Source: Cyanophora paradoxa CCMP329
Taxonomy: Eukaryota; Plantae; Glaucophyta
Assembly: GCA_004431415.1 (NCBI GenBank)
Contig: QPMI01000133.1
Location: 257,848 to 321,847, forward strand
Length of the DNA stretch: 64,000 bases
Reading direction: 5' to 3'
The translations under genes were made by a program, and so were the position numbers. This document shows, in pieces, positions 49,591 through 61,336 of the stretch. The notes under the pieces were generated by a model. That model saw only the letters and a list, made by a program, of their open reading frames with translations. It had not been told where the DNA came from and made no database searches. Position 1 is the stretch's first letter; each line of letters opens with the position of its first letter.

Positions 49591-49871
49591 CTCCAGTTAC
49601 CAGAGTCCAGTAGTAGAGTATACGTAGCAGCCGAGTCCGACGGTCGCCGAGTCGACGCCGACTCGCCGTCGACCGTACGCGCACGTACACGTCGCGTCCT
49701 ATGCAATGTCACAGTGTATGCATTGTCTCCGAATTGAAATGGATAATGTTTTGGATTCAATTGAATCGGATAGTTTTTTGGATTCCGCGAGCTCGAGCCT
49801 CGAGCAGCTGAAGGTTCGCGTCGTTCGCGATCGATTCCGAAGTTCGAATCCCCTTATAATTAAAAAGCTTA

Positions 49872-50174
49872 CCGTAAAACACAATATTAATTCGCACGAT
49901 ATTAGTTCGTTTTTGGACCCGGAGTCCCGGACCCCCACCATATATAGTAATTAATTAGTTCGGTCGACGTCTCAAATTAGTGCGTTTTTGCCTTATCGGA
50001 GTGTGGGGCGGGGGGTACACGCCGTATATATATAGTGCGTCCTTATATTTGTGCGGTATTTTTCTTAGCGTCCTTATATTTGTGCGGTTTCAAATTAGTG
50101 CGTTTTCACGGCAAAAAACGCACTAATTTGGTGCCGAACTAATATTATGCGCGAACTAATATTCTGTCTTACGG
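49872..50174. mobile_element. TA-flanked pogo/mariner-like MITE (303 bp)
   Basis: TIRs CCGTAA(A/G)ACA(C/G)AATATTA(A/G)TTCGC, with a TA TSD at 49870-49871 and 50175-50176. Confidence 0.82.
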
Positions 50175-50388
50175 TATGCTTAGGTCGTGACTCGTGACTC
50201 GTGAGTCGCGATCGTGACCGTCGAACCGTCGATTCATGACGCGTATACGCGTACGTGACCGTCGAATTCGAACGGTCGGGTACCGGGGTAGTAGGGGGGT
50301 ACATGTACAGGCTACCCTGGGTACTCCACCAGTGTACCGTAAAGTAGTTTTTGTTTTTTTGTGAATTACCGGCCACAGTCTCTAGTTA

Positions 50389-50879
50389 CTGGTACAGGCA
50401 TGCAGGGGGGGCTCCGCCCCCCCCGCACCCTCCCCCCCCCCTGCTAGCTGGCCAATCGGAATTGCGAGCGCAGGTATTGGTGGCCTAGCTACAGGTTTAA
50501 ATAACCAATCACCAAGTCACCCGAGTTTTAGGCTGGGGCGTTTGGACTTGACTCGCCGTAGTAAGCGATTTCAACTCAAATCTTGTGACGTACCCCAGCC
50601 GCTAATAATTAGGCCAGGCTCCCTGATCACGAGTCATTGTCGTGACACTTCATGATCAGTCACTGAGTTAAAACGTTGTTTTTGAGAGACTATGGTGGGC
50701 CCGGGGCCGGGGCGAACCCCCGTACAGTACGTATACTCAGGTACTAGCATAATAAGACAACAAAAAAAGGAACGAGAACCAGGACCCGAGATGCCCCCCG
50801 AGAGCACATCCGATGCAAATGATCACTGGTACCGGTAATACATGAGTTCACTCAACAAGGTTAATACTCTGGTACAGGC
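50389..50879 (-). mobile_element. Second hairpin-ended element flanked by an 11-bp direct repeat
   Basis: CTGGTACAGGC occurs at 50389-50399 and 50869-50879. On the minus strand GGGTGCGGGGGGGGCGGAGCCCCCCCTGC precedes the distal copy, matching the 10460-10490 terminus. Confidence 0.5.
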
Positions 50880-51010
50880 TCGTACAGCTCTACGTAATAC
50901 GTTTACGTTAACCGATAGTTCACTGAGTCACTCAATTAGCGATAATTAGCTACTGAGTCACACCAGTGCTGGTACGTATACTGTCCTCCGAGGCTCGGCA
51001 CATCTTCCAC

Positions 51011-53969
51011 TCAGGCGGGGGCGACGCGGATGGCGGGTACGCCGCCGCAGAGCGCCGCGAAGCTGAGCGCGAGGCCGGCGGAGCCGGGGGGGGTACTGGT
51101 CGGGACGCCGCCCCCGTCTTCCATCTCGGGGGCGTGGAGGAGGAAGAGGGTGCGGAGCTTGCGCTCCTGGCGGAGGCAGACGACGAGGCACACGGCGACG
51201 GGGCTCAGGATGAAGCCCGCCATGTCCACGATCCGCCTGCGCGCCCCGCGCCCGGGCCCCGCCCCGTCAGCCGCAGCCTGCGCGTGCCGCAGTGCAGGGG
51301 GCGGCGAGGCCCTCGAGGCTTCTTCGTTTGCAGCCGCACCCGGAAAGAAGGGGGTCGCGGGGGGAGAGAGCGTAGAGGCCGTACGGGAGGGACACGCAGG
51401 AGGCCAGGAGGAAGGCGCGGGGGGGTACCCAGAAGGTGCTCGAGATCATGGTGAAGGTGATGTAGAGCGACACCTTGGCCCACGCCTGCGCCCGGCTCGG
51501 CGGGGGGTACGGGAGGGCGGAGGGGGGTACGGACCTCGACGATGTACGGAGCGATGGATTCGAATCGGCGGAGGGAGGTGAGGGCGGCCATTTGTCCGAC
51601 GAGGCAGGCCCCCGTCGTGAAGAAGGCGATGAACGGCACGAGCCGCGCCGGCCGCGCGTGCAGCATGACCGTACCCGCCAGAAAGACGCCCCCGCACACG
51701 AAGAACTGCGCCAGGGGGGGCCGGAGCAGGTAAGTAAGACCGGGGCCGCATGGCACGGCGAACGAACGAAAGGTCGCACCTCGAGGATCCAGTCGGGCCG
51801 GCGGGGGCCGACGAATTCGAGGAAGGGAAGGCCCGAGCGGGACGCGGCGAGCGCGGCGGCGGACGCGAGGGAGCTGAGGTACATCGCGAGAAGCGGCGCC
51901 GACAGGAACCGAACCCTACAGCGGCGCCGCTTGAGCATCGGCGGGGTTCGGGGATGCCGGGGGGTACGCGGGCCGCACCGGGACCAGGCGCGGTTGCAGT
52001 AGAAGATCTGGTACCCCCGCTCGGCCTCGGGGGAGGGGAAGGGGCTGCCCGCGACCAGCCAGCGCAGGAGCCGCCTCAGCCGCCCGCGCGGCGCGACGCG
52101 CGCCGCCTCTTCGTGGTTCGCCGGTTCCGCCGAGTCGCCGGTACCCCCCTCGGGGCCGGTAAGGGGGTCCCGCGAGGAAGGGGTGTCGGGGCCGGGGGTA
52201 GAGCCCGAAGCGCTCCACTCCGGCACGACGCCGGCCGGCGAGAGCCGCAGCGCTAGGGCGCGCTGCGGCGTCCCGCCTCAGCGCCTCGGCAGGGGAGGGC
52301 GGGGGCGGGCTGGGTGGGAGGGGGGTACCGCGCTTGCGAAAGACCCCGCTGAACCGGAGGAGGTTCTGGGCGCGCTGCCGCCGCCAGACGTCCGCCACGC
52401 GCCCGCCTCCGGAGCAAGGGTCTGGAGCCCCGCCCCAGACCCGGATCCGACGGCGAGGGACCGGAAAGGGACGGGGCGGGGCGTGTCGCCGGCGGGGCCC
52501 GGGGCCGGCGCGGCGCGCTCCGCTGGCCGCTCCTCGTCAGCCGAGTCGGCTCCGGCCGACGGCGACTGAGGCAGCTGCAGGGGAGGCGCCCGCCTCTCGA
52601 ACGGGCTCGAATCCGGGGGCGGACTTGTCCGGTGCCCTGCCGCCTAGGGCCCAGAGGCTCGGAAGGGGATACCGCGCCCGGGGGCGGGGGGGCGGGGAGG
52701 GGGACGGGGGGTACCAGGACTTGGAGGAACAGGCGGCGCTCGCCGCGCTCGCGGAGGTACGAGGCAGCAACCGCCAGCACGCCGCTCAGCGCGCACTGCG
52801 CCCGCGTCGGCGCCGGCCCGGGGGTACGGGGGAGGAGGGAAGGGGGGTACGGGCGCACGGTGCCGTGCTGCTCAAGGGAAAGGCAGGGCGGGCCAGAAAG
52901 ACCGAGTCCCAGGACGAACGGGATCGGTGCGAGGGACTGAACCGGCGTCGCGTCGGGCCCGGGGGGGCGCGAGGGGATGGGGGAAGGAACGACAGAGGAG
53001 GGGGTACCTCAAGAACGAGGAGGAGGGATACGATGACGGATACGTGGAATCGCAGATTCAAAAAGGTGCACGTGAACTGGGCGGACGTCACGCGGGCTTC
53101 GGGGTAACGCAAAGACCGTCAGAAACGCGTACCCAGAGCATGATGACGCAGATGATCGGGGCATGGTACGCGCAGCGGTCGCCCGTCACATTGTACACCG
53201 CAAGAATTTCAAACATGAAACGCTGTGGCCCCGTCAGGCGTCTGGAGGTGTACAGCGGATCGGGCCGGCGAGGGGGGTACCTGGGAGATGGAGAAGGATA
53301 CGACGGAGAGGGATGCGAGGGGCTCAAAGATGCGCGGGAATACGCCTCGCGAGAAGGACGCGCCGAAGAGGGCGAGCTGGAAGGGGGCCGAGAACCCAAG
53401 CTGGATCCAGGGGTACGCGCCGAATCGTTCGTTCCGCGGAAGCGTGAGAGCCATCATAATGTTCACAAGGAGGACGAGAATGGACGCCACGCGGGCGCCG
53501 ACCGCGCTGCTCAGAGCGGTCTGCTCCATGTAGCGCCTGCGAGGTCCGGGCGGCCGCGGGTCAAGAACGTACGGGCGCGCGGCGGCCGCGGAGAGGATCT
53601 AGAAGAGAGGGGAGCGCGGCCGCACCGCTCGAGGGCGGCGGCCGCGGGGCGGGCGCCGACGTCGATGCCGTCAGCGGCGACGCACGAGGCGTCGCCGTCG
53701 GCGCGGGAGTTGGGCATGCGCTTCGCGCCGGCGCCGGCGGGGACGAAGCGGAGCGTCCAGCGGGAGAGGTCCATGCCGCGGCGGCGGCGGTGGTGGAAGG
53801 ACGGGACGGCGACAGGCCCCTCGCGCGCCTCCGCGGGGCCGTCGGAGGGGAGCACGGCCGCGCCCGAGGCCGTCCCCGCCACCACCAGAGCTGACACGAG
53901 GCTCCGCATGCCGGCGAACCCGCGGCCGAAGCGGCCGCGGGCCGCCTCCGCATCTGGCGGGTCGCTCAT
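51011..53969 (-). CDS. Multi-pass membrane protein with two ~6-TM halves, similar to class III adenylyl cyclase membrane anchors; no catalytic domain seen
   Basis: Hydrophobic exons fall in two blocks. Each block starts with a LRF...LE.RY / PFPSPEAERGY motif and ends with SYLRERGERRLFL / CLRQERKLRTLFL. Stop at 51011. Confidence 0.65.
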
Positions 53970-54435
53970 CCCTTCACTTGGCGATGATCCTAGGGCTCGC
54001 TGGGCCGGGGCTCCATTCAGCGACTCGCCGGGCTGTGTCGCTGCAGAGTCGTGGGGAGCTTACACCCGCAACTTCTGCCTGGCTGATGATGAAGCGATGC
54101 AAGAAACCGCGAAGCTGCTGTGCAGCTGTGTAAGACGGTACTAAGACCTCGCGTGCAACCTCCGAAACGTGCTTCGACCGGTACCGGCGAGATCGACTGC
54201 AGTCTGCAGTCTACCACGCGCGCGGCTGCAGTCTGCCTACACGCTTATGCGCGTGCAAGTGCCTAGGCCGACGCTAGCGCTTTCTTGCTCAGACTTGCTG
54301 GCCGGGGGGGGGGGGGGGGGACGGCAAATTTGAAACTCGAACCGGTTCGCTAACCCCTACTGACCGAAACAGTGACATCGGTCCGAAAACGGTCCGATCG
54401 GAGCTCCACTGGCGCCAGGCTCCGCCAGCGGCGAG

Positions 54436-54490
54436 AGTCCAGCCTCCAGGCTCCAGCCTCCAGGCTCCAGCCTCCAGGCTCCAGCCTCCG
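54436..54490. repeat. Short tandem repeat (CTCCAGCCTCCAGG)n
   Basis: About 4 copies are directly visible. Confidence 0.85.
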
Positions 54491-54825
54491 GCCCTCCGGC
54501 CGGATCCGCGCTGCCTCCGCGCGCAGCGCGCCGCCTGACCAGGCCTAGCCTGCCGGCGCCTAGCCTAGGGAGGCTGGCAGCCTGTGGCAGGAGCGTGATT
54601 GCAATTGCCAGCCTCCTTCAAGCCTCCTTGCAAATTCCAATTGTCAGCTGCCGCCGCCGCCGCCCAGTGTCAGTGAAAGCCGAGAGCCTTGGCCAGGAAG
54701 CGTGCGTCGCCGCGAGGGCGGCGCCCGGCCGCGGTCGCGCGCGTCCCGGGACTTTCCGTACCCCCCTGGAAAGATCCAACCCTTCCGCATCTGCGGCCCA
54801 ACGCTCTCCCGACACGCGCCAGGCC

Positions 54826-56455
54826 ATGGAGCCTCCTCCTTCTGGTCTCCTAGCGGTACGCTGCCGCGCGCCGGCTGAAAATTCGACCGAAAAAATTTCC
54901 TGACCTCTCACCCAGCTGCCGGGCGGGCCGGCGCCGGCCAACGCACAACCGTTGGCTCCGGCACCGCACCCGAATCTCGCTGGAGCTGCTGCAGCGGCCG
55001 CGGGCGCTGCTCCGGTCGCGATCGGAGCTCGTTGGGGCGACGAGCCGATGCAGCAAGGAGCGCCAGCTTTCGACGGCAATCCCTTTGCCGGAGAGCCTGC
55101 TGAGGACCCTGCCGCGGCGGAGATCGCGGTGCCTTCTGTCCAGCAGTCCTCCAACATCTGCGCCTTCGTGATGAAGGACTCCTTCCACCCTCTCGTCCCT
55201 TCACGCACACGAAGCTGTTCGTCTGCGTCGATCTCCACGTGCGCATTGCGCGCACACTCTCGCCGCCTGAGCGCACCCTAACACGCTTCCGCGTGCCAGT
55301 TTGCGCGCATGCTGGAGCAGGCGTCGCGTGACCACGCTCTGGTGTACAAGCGCCACCTCCTGTCCGCTTTCGACGTGGCGGCCGCGCGCTCCCTGCCGGG
55401 CGGCATGCCGACCAAGTTCCTTCTCCTCGGCGTGCAGACTGCCAATGGCCGCCCGCTTACGGAGGCCACGGTTTGCGAACTCTTAATTATAAATGTCTCT
55501 TCTTCTCCTCTCATTTCTCCTCTCCTCGAAGGTCCGCGAGGCGCTCCGTTCGGTCGTGACTCTGGCGCCGCCGCACCACATCCGCCTTGCCAACAAGCAG
55601 CGGATGAACGGCACCGTCCCAAACGCCTACCGTGTCTACTACACCGAGGCGGACTTCACAATCGTTTCGGGGCAGCTCGTGCTGCACCCGAAGGGCGAGC
55701 ACCGCGGGCGGTGGCTCAAGCACTTCGACGCAGCGCGCAACGTCGATGCGGCGCTTTACGAGCCTCTCGGCGCCGACGAAAACGGCAACGGCGGTTGCTT
55801 CTGCACGCACGTGCGCACTTCTGGCGCCCGCCCTCCTCCTTCCTTATCTTGCCCGCAGCGCGGACACCTCACCACGGACGCCTGGGCCCACCCCGACACC
55901 TTCAACTGCACGGCCAACGGGCGTGCGCGCGAGGAGGCCGCGGACGGCGCGGAGGCCGCCGCCGCCGCCCTCGGCGCCGCCCACCTCGATGAGCCCGCCG
56001 CTGGCGCCGCCGCCGCCGCCCCGCCGCGGCCCCGGGCGCCCTCCCGGCCCCAGGAGCTCGCCGCCGCCATCGGCCGCATGCGGCGCGAGCTCGCAGAGGA
56101 CGACTCGGTCAGCCTCGCCTCCCACGCCAGCCACCACACCAACCTCTTCGAGCGCGATGCGGGCGCCGGCGGCAGCTCCTCCAGCGGCCGCCGCCGCCAG
56201 CGCTCCCGCTCCCACTCCCAGTCGCCGCGCCGCGGCTCCGACTCGGACGAGGACGTGGAGCAGCTCCTCCGCCGCCTCCTCAAGAAGAACCGCGCGGCCA
56301 GCCGCGGCAGCGGCCTCTCCGCCGACGCCCAGGCGATCCTCGCCGCCCTCGCCCGCCCCGCCGAGCCCTCGCCGCCCCTGACCGCGGCGGCCCTCGCTGC
56401 GGCCCTCGCCCCGGCTCTCGCAAAGGCGAAGGGCAAGGGCAAGGCCAAGCGCTAG
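54826..56455 (+). CDS. Hypothetical protein (Pro/Ala-rich N-terminus, central globular region with a Cys/His cluster, basic C-terminus)
   Basis: ATG at 54826, in-frame exons with GT..AG introns, GCFCTH/RGHLTTDAWAHPDTFNC, ending KAKGKGKAKR* at 56455. No family recognised. Confidence 0.6.
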
Positions 56456-57544
56456 GCTGCCCCTTTTCCTCTCTTCTCCCTGACGCAGCGACAGTTTTTT
56501 CCGCCCCCTCTCAATTTCCTTTAGGGGTTTCTCCCGCCGTCGGCCACTCCCCCGTCCCTCTCCCTCCTCTCTCCCTCAGCCACTCAGTAATTTTTCTCTC
56601 TCCTTTGGGCAGCTCTCAAGTTAATGTGACAGTCTCCCATTTTAGCCTGTCCCCTGTGACAGCGTTTTCAATGCATGTGCATGTGCTTTTGGTTTTTTCG
56701 ACGATCCCTGCAGTTTTCCCTTGCAGCAGTACGCTCTCTCTTGGGGCGGGGTGGGTAGGGGGGCGGGGTAGGGGGGGGGGGGGCAGGCGGGCAGGAGCGG
56801 CTCTCCCTCGTACCCTCCGTTGGGACCTAATTTCGGGGGGGGGGGGGGGGGGGGGGGCGGAGAGGGGTGGACCGGGCAGCTCTCTCATGTGGACCCCGGC
56901 CGTTCGTACTGGGGCGGGTACGACGACGGACTGCAGAGGAGCCGAGCCTGGAGGGCCCCACCTCTTCTCTGCTGGGGACGGCGATCACGTACGACAGGCG
57001 GCAGCGATCGTCCCCCATCACCGCCTACACTTACACTTTTGCAAGTGCGGAGCCAAGCTCTACCAGGGTTCACAACGGGATGGAACCACTCACAAACCCG
57101 GGCGCGTTGGCCACGGTGCAGCAGCGCATCTGCAAGCCGTGTGTCCCCTGGGCAAGCGAGCCTCTCGAACTGGACGACCCAAGGCCGGCGACTAGCTAGA
57201 CCATCGCCTACTCTTAGCTAGCCGACCGCGTCGGAAGGGCGCGTCGATCAGGACATTAGGACATGTGCCGTGGTGTTCTTAATGAGACGTCCACTTTTGC
57301 AAAAAAAGCCGCGGTCGCGCGCGTCCCCGCCGCGCCGCGCCGCGTCTAGTGAGGCACTTGCCGGTAGTAGTGAGGCACTTGCCGCGCCCCCGGCCCGCGG
57401 CGGCCCCGCCGCCGCGCCGCCGCGCGCGGCCGGGCCCACGTGCACGCGCTGCGCCCGATATCAATCGATCCGCCGGCCACCCGCTTCCGACTGCGCACGT
57501 CGAGTCGCTGGCGAGGCCGCGCTACGGACCGCGGCCGCAGCAAG

Positions 57545-59225
57545 TCAAGCACAAGGCCTAGGGGGAGACCGGTCGCGGGCGGGCTGCTCCTGAGCCCCAG
57601 CCGCCCTCTCGGGCCCTCCTCCCCCGGCCGCGGCCGCCGGCCTCTCGGACCGCAGCTCCAGCTCGAAGCGACGGATGGAGCTGCGCAGCCTGCGCCAAAG
57701 GCTCTAAATCTGCCGATTCGAATTCGCCGAGCGCGGGCCCGAGCTCCGGAGCACCTGCTCTCGATCTGGACGTCGCTCCAGCGCAGCGGGAGGCCCGAGA
57801 ACGGGTCCGTCGCCGACTGCGACGCGAAGTGGCGCAGCACTGGGGATGCGGCGAATCAAAACGGCGCGCGGGGGGGGGGGGGGGGGGGGGGAAATCGATA
57901 AAATGCGAGTCGTAAACAACTACAATGTGCTGAATGTATCGGAATTGAAGTAGACCACCGCCCATTCTATCGGAAATCGCAAAAATTCACACAGAGTTGC
58001 ATTATGTCCAATTAAACAATCGATGAAATATCGGATGAAAAGGGGGTACAGGGCGACCGGGCGTGCGCACGGGTGGAGCGGTCGACGACTTTGCCGCTTG
58101 GGAGGCGGATCGGCTCGTCCATGATCTCCTGCGCCGAGATAATTCGATCCAAGGAAGACCGAGAGCGCGCGGGCTCCCGCTCACCTGGGTGATGGGGTCG
58201 ATGAACGCGGGGGGTACATCCCGATCCCGGGGCCGCTCGGGCGGGGCGGGCGGGGGCTCAGGGGCGGTCCGTGCCCGCTTGGCAGGCCGCGGGGCGGCCT
58301 CCCCGGAAGAACTTGCGAAGAGGGTACCCCCGAATGACGGGGGCGGAGCGACGGCCGCGGGCGAGCTCGAGGGCGTCGGCGCCGCGGGGCTCGTAAGGGC
58401 CGGCGGGGCGCGGGGGCCCACGGAGCACGCCTCCTGAAAGGCGCGCGAGGCGCCAGAGGCGGGCTGCCCGAAGACGCGGAGCTCCTCGATCACGGGTACA
58501 GCCGCCCCCGAGCCGCGCATGAGCCGGATCTAATTAAGCAGAGTCAGCTCGGCAAGAGACGGACCAAGGGACCGTAAAGAGAGCGAACCGAAAGGACCCG
58601 CACGCTGTGCAGCGCGCGGCAGTTTCGAAAGGATTGGGCGGCCGGCGACGCGGGCGGCGCCCGCGCGCCGCCCGGCCTGCCGCGCGCTCGGTACAGCGGG
58701 TTTCGCAGGTCATACACAGTCGGCTGCGCGTACGGAGTCAGAGGGGACCCAAGAACGAGCCAAGGGGCGACAAACGCGCCTCTGCAGCGCTGTCGAACGT
58801 GCCGCAAAGCGCGAGGCTGTCACGGTCGAGGGTGGGAGCGGCCGAGGCGGCGAGTCCGATGCGGCGCAGCCCTCGTGCGCGGAGAACGAGCGCCGCGATG
58901 TCGACAGGTTCTCTAGACGACGAATCAGACGTGCGGGCCGTGCCCACTCCGATCCGGTCGCACCGGAACTCAACGAGGAGATCGATTGGAAGGCGCGCGA
59001 AACCGGCCGGCCTCCACAAGCGCCGCTGCTGGAGACAGCTCGGATCCTCGTCCGCGCTCGCCGACCCCGTCCTCACGCGCGCCACTGCCTCGCCCAGCCC
59101 GAGAAGCTCCTCCAGCTTCCTAACTGCAGGCGGTGGTGCGTCGGCGGCTGCGGCAACGCGGCAGCGCCACTGCAGCACGGCAGCCACGGCAGCAGTGGCA
59201 CGGCAGCTGCCACGGCAGCACGGCT
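57545..59225 (-). CDS. U-box E3 ubiquitin ligase, UBOX5/RNF37-like (no C-terminal RING seen)
   Basis: U-box: VPPAFIDPITQ-EIMDEPIRLPSGKVVDRST...ATDPFSGLPL...RLRSSIRRFE. N-terminal GFARLPIDLLVEF...PVDIAAL and VPVIEELRVFGQPA resemble the UBOX5 N-domain. Stop at 57545; start not resolved. Confidence 0.82.
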
Positions 59226-59298
59226 GATCGGACGGGTACCGAAGTCAAGTGAAGTCGGACGGCCGAAAGCAGCCGGGACTCGGGCCCCGACAGTTCCG

Positions 59299-61218
59299 AT
59301 GAACGTGTATGATCTGCTGTTCCACGAGCGCCAGGATGCCGGGCTCTGCGGTGCGCAGGCCGCACGCGAACGCTGCGCCCCTGACCGCGCCTGACCACGC
59401 GCGTACGCACGCAGGCCAGCACTGCCGTGCGTCTCGCGCTGTCGCTGAGCAGCGGACCGCTGGCTGACCCCTTCCTTTGCAGTCAACAACCTGGTGCAGC
59501 AGCCGATGTGGACGGAAGTGGACCTCCTGCACATCGCCACCGTGCGCTCGCTTCCATTCGGCTCTGCGCGCGCTTCCGGCATCCCTCTGATCGCCCGCAT
59601 TCGCCCCGCAGGAGCTCGACCGGAAAGGTACGAGGTCCTGCGTCCGCGCAGCTGCGCGGCGGCGTGCATCCCGACCGGCGTCGCGTTTGAACGCGTGCGT
59701 AGAGCGAGAGGTAATGGCCGAGGCTGGCCACACGGCCGAACTGGAGAAGTTCCTGAGGGAGGACAGCGGAAACATCGCCGCCGACGGTGCCCACGCCGGG
59801 CCGCCATGCTGCGGCAGGGCGCCGATCCGCCCGCGCAGGCAACTTCAGCGTTCAGGTGCTCATGGAGGCTCTGAAGACGCTCAAGCTCTCGCTGGTGCCG
59901 CTGCAGGGCTCCGACCCCATCGCTGCCACGTTCGCCACGGGCCCGGAGCCGCTGCGCCGCGCCGCGCCGACTCGGATCCGCGTCGCGCAGAGCGAGGAAG
60001 GACCCGTGGAACCAGAGAGCGTTCATCTGCAACCTGATGGAGCACTGTGCGGGCCGCCCGCCCCGGCAGCCTGGGGCCGCCCGCTGCTGAGTCCGTTTGC
60101 TCGCCCAGGGTTCTGCCTGCGGAAGATCGGGCCGCGCTGGTGGAACCTCAACTCGCTGCTGCAGACCCCGCAGCTCGTAACAGAGGTACGGATTCGAATC
60201 GGGAGCGTTGGAAATTCCCGTTTCATAGCAGCGCAGACATACCTCAGCATCTACCTCGAGCAGCTGAAGCGGGTGCGCGTACCCCCGCGCCGCGTCCGCC
60301 CGCCCCGCCAACCCCCGCGCAGGAGGGGTACAGCATTTTCGTGGTGAGAGGCTGCGGGAGGCTTCCCTTCGGAGCCCGCACGGTCCCCTCCCGCCCGGGG
60401 CCGTGACGTACCCCTCTCGCCCACCAGGTGGTGGGCGAGCTGCCCAAGTGCCAGGCGGAGGAGGCCGAGGAGCAGGGCTTGGTGGCCGACCCCGCCAAGA
60501 GCTGGGCCGCCGCGGCCGCAGGCGGCCGGGGCTCCCCCGCCGTACCCCCCGGCTCCGCCAAACGGGTCCGGCCCATGACCGGTTCGAGCCGCCGCACGCG
60601 TACCCCTGCCCCGTCGCGCGCCGATGCGTTCCCCCCAGAGGAGGAGGAGCTGGAAGCCGCCATCGCCGCGAGCCTGCGGGCGGACGGCGGGGCGGGGGCG
60701 GAGGGCGGCGGCTCGGCGCCCGCCTCCTCGTCCGCCGCCCCCGCGGCGCCCAAGCCGGCTCTCGAGGATCAAATGTTACAGAAGGCGCTCGAAGAGTCCC
60801 GGGCGCTCGCGGCGGCGGCCCGGGAGAAAGAGCTACCCCCCGAGCCAGCCCCGGAGGACCCCGCGGCCTCCCTCGTCGTTGTACGCCTCCCGAACGGGTC
60901 GCGCGCCCAGCGCCGGTGCGCGCGTACCCCCCTCCCAGGGCCCGGGAATCTTATCACGTACCCCTCCCCACCGCAGGTTCCCCAAGGACGCGACGCTGGG
61001 TACGCTGTACGGCTTCGTCGAGTCGAAGGGGTACCCCGACGTCGCTCGCCTTGTGCAGAACCTGCCCCGGAAGGTCCGATCCGGCGCGCTGTACCCCGGC
61101 CCGTTCCGTAAACGCCCCAAGCGGATTCGAAACGCAGGTGTTCGAGCGCTCGGACGAGACTTTGGAGGCTGCGGGGCTGTACCCCCGTGCGATGCTCATT
61201 GCCGAGCGTGGCTCGTAA
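59299..61218 (+). CDS. ATXN3: Ataxin-3-like Josephin deubiquitinase with UIMs and a C-terminal UBX domain
   Basis: Spliced LFHERQDAGLCGQHCLNNLVQ, GNFSVQVL, AFICNLMEHWFCLRKIGPRWWNLNSLL (Cys/His/Asn triad intact), EGYSIFVV. UIMs EEEELEAAIAASL and EDQMLQKALEES. UBX LPPEP...VVRLPNGSRAQRRF...TLEAAGLYPRAMLI. Confidence 0.93.
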
Positions 61219-61336
61219 ACCTTCGTTCGCCTAATGTTTCGGTACTCATTCGAAATGCAAACAAGCAGCGTACACGGGGAAGGCGGGGGGGAGGTTTCGT
61301 AGTAGTATGCGGTACGTTTATATAACCGGCCGCGGT

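Larger units (their letters stand above)
12265..50385. mobile_element. Candidate 38.1-kb TIR-bounded giant element carrying the giant surface-protein gene
   Basis: Perfect 25-bp inverted repeat CTAGAGACTGTGGCCGGTAATTCAC at 12265-12289 and 50361-50385, extending imperfectly through an A-tract plus TACT. The outer CTAG/TA is compatible with a TSD. No transposase seen inside. Confidence 0.5.

Noticed and set aside
56820-57221. Short overlapping ORFs after the poly-G tract
   Set aside because: No recognisable motif or consistent gene structure.
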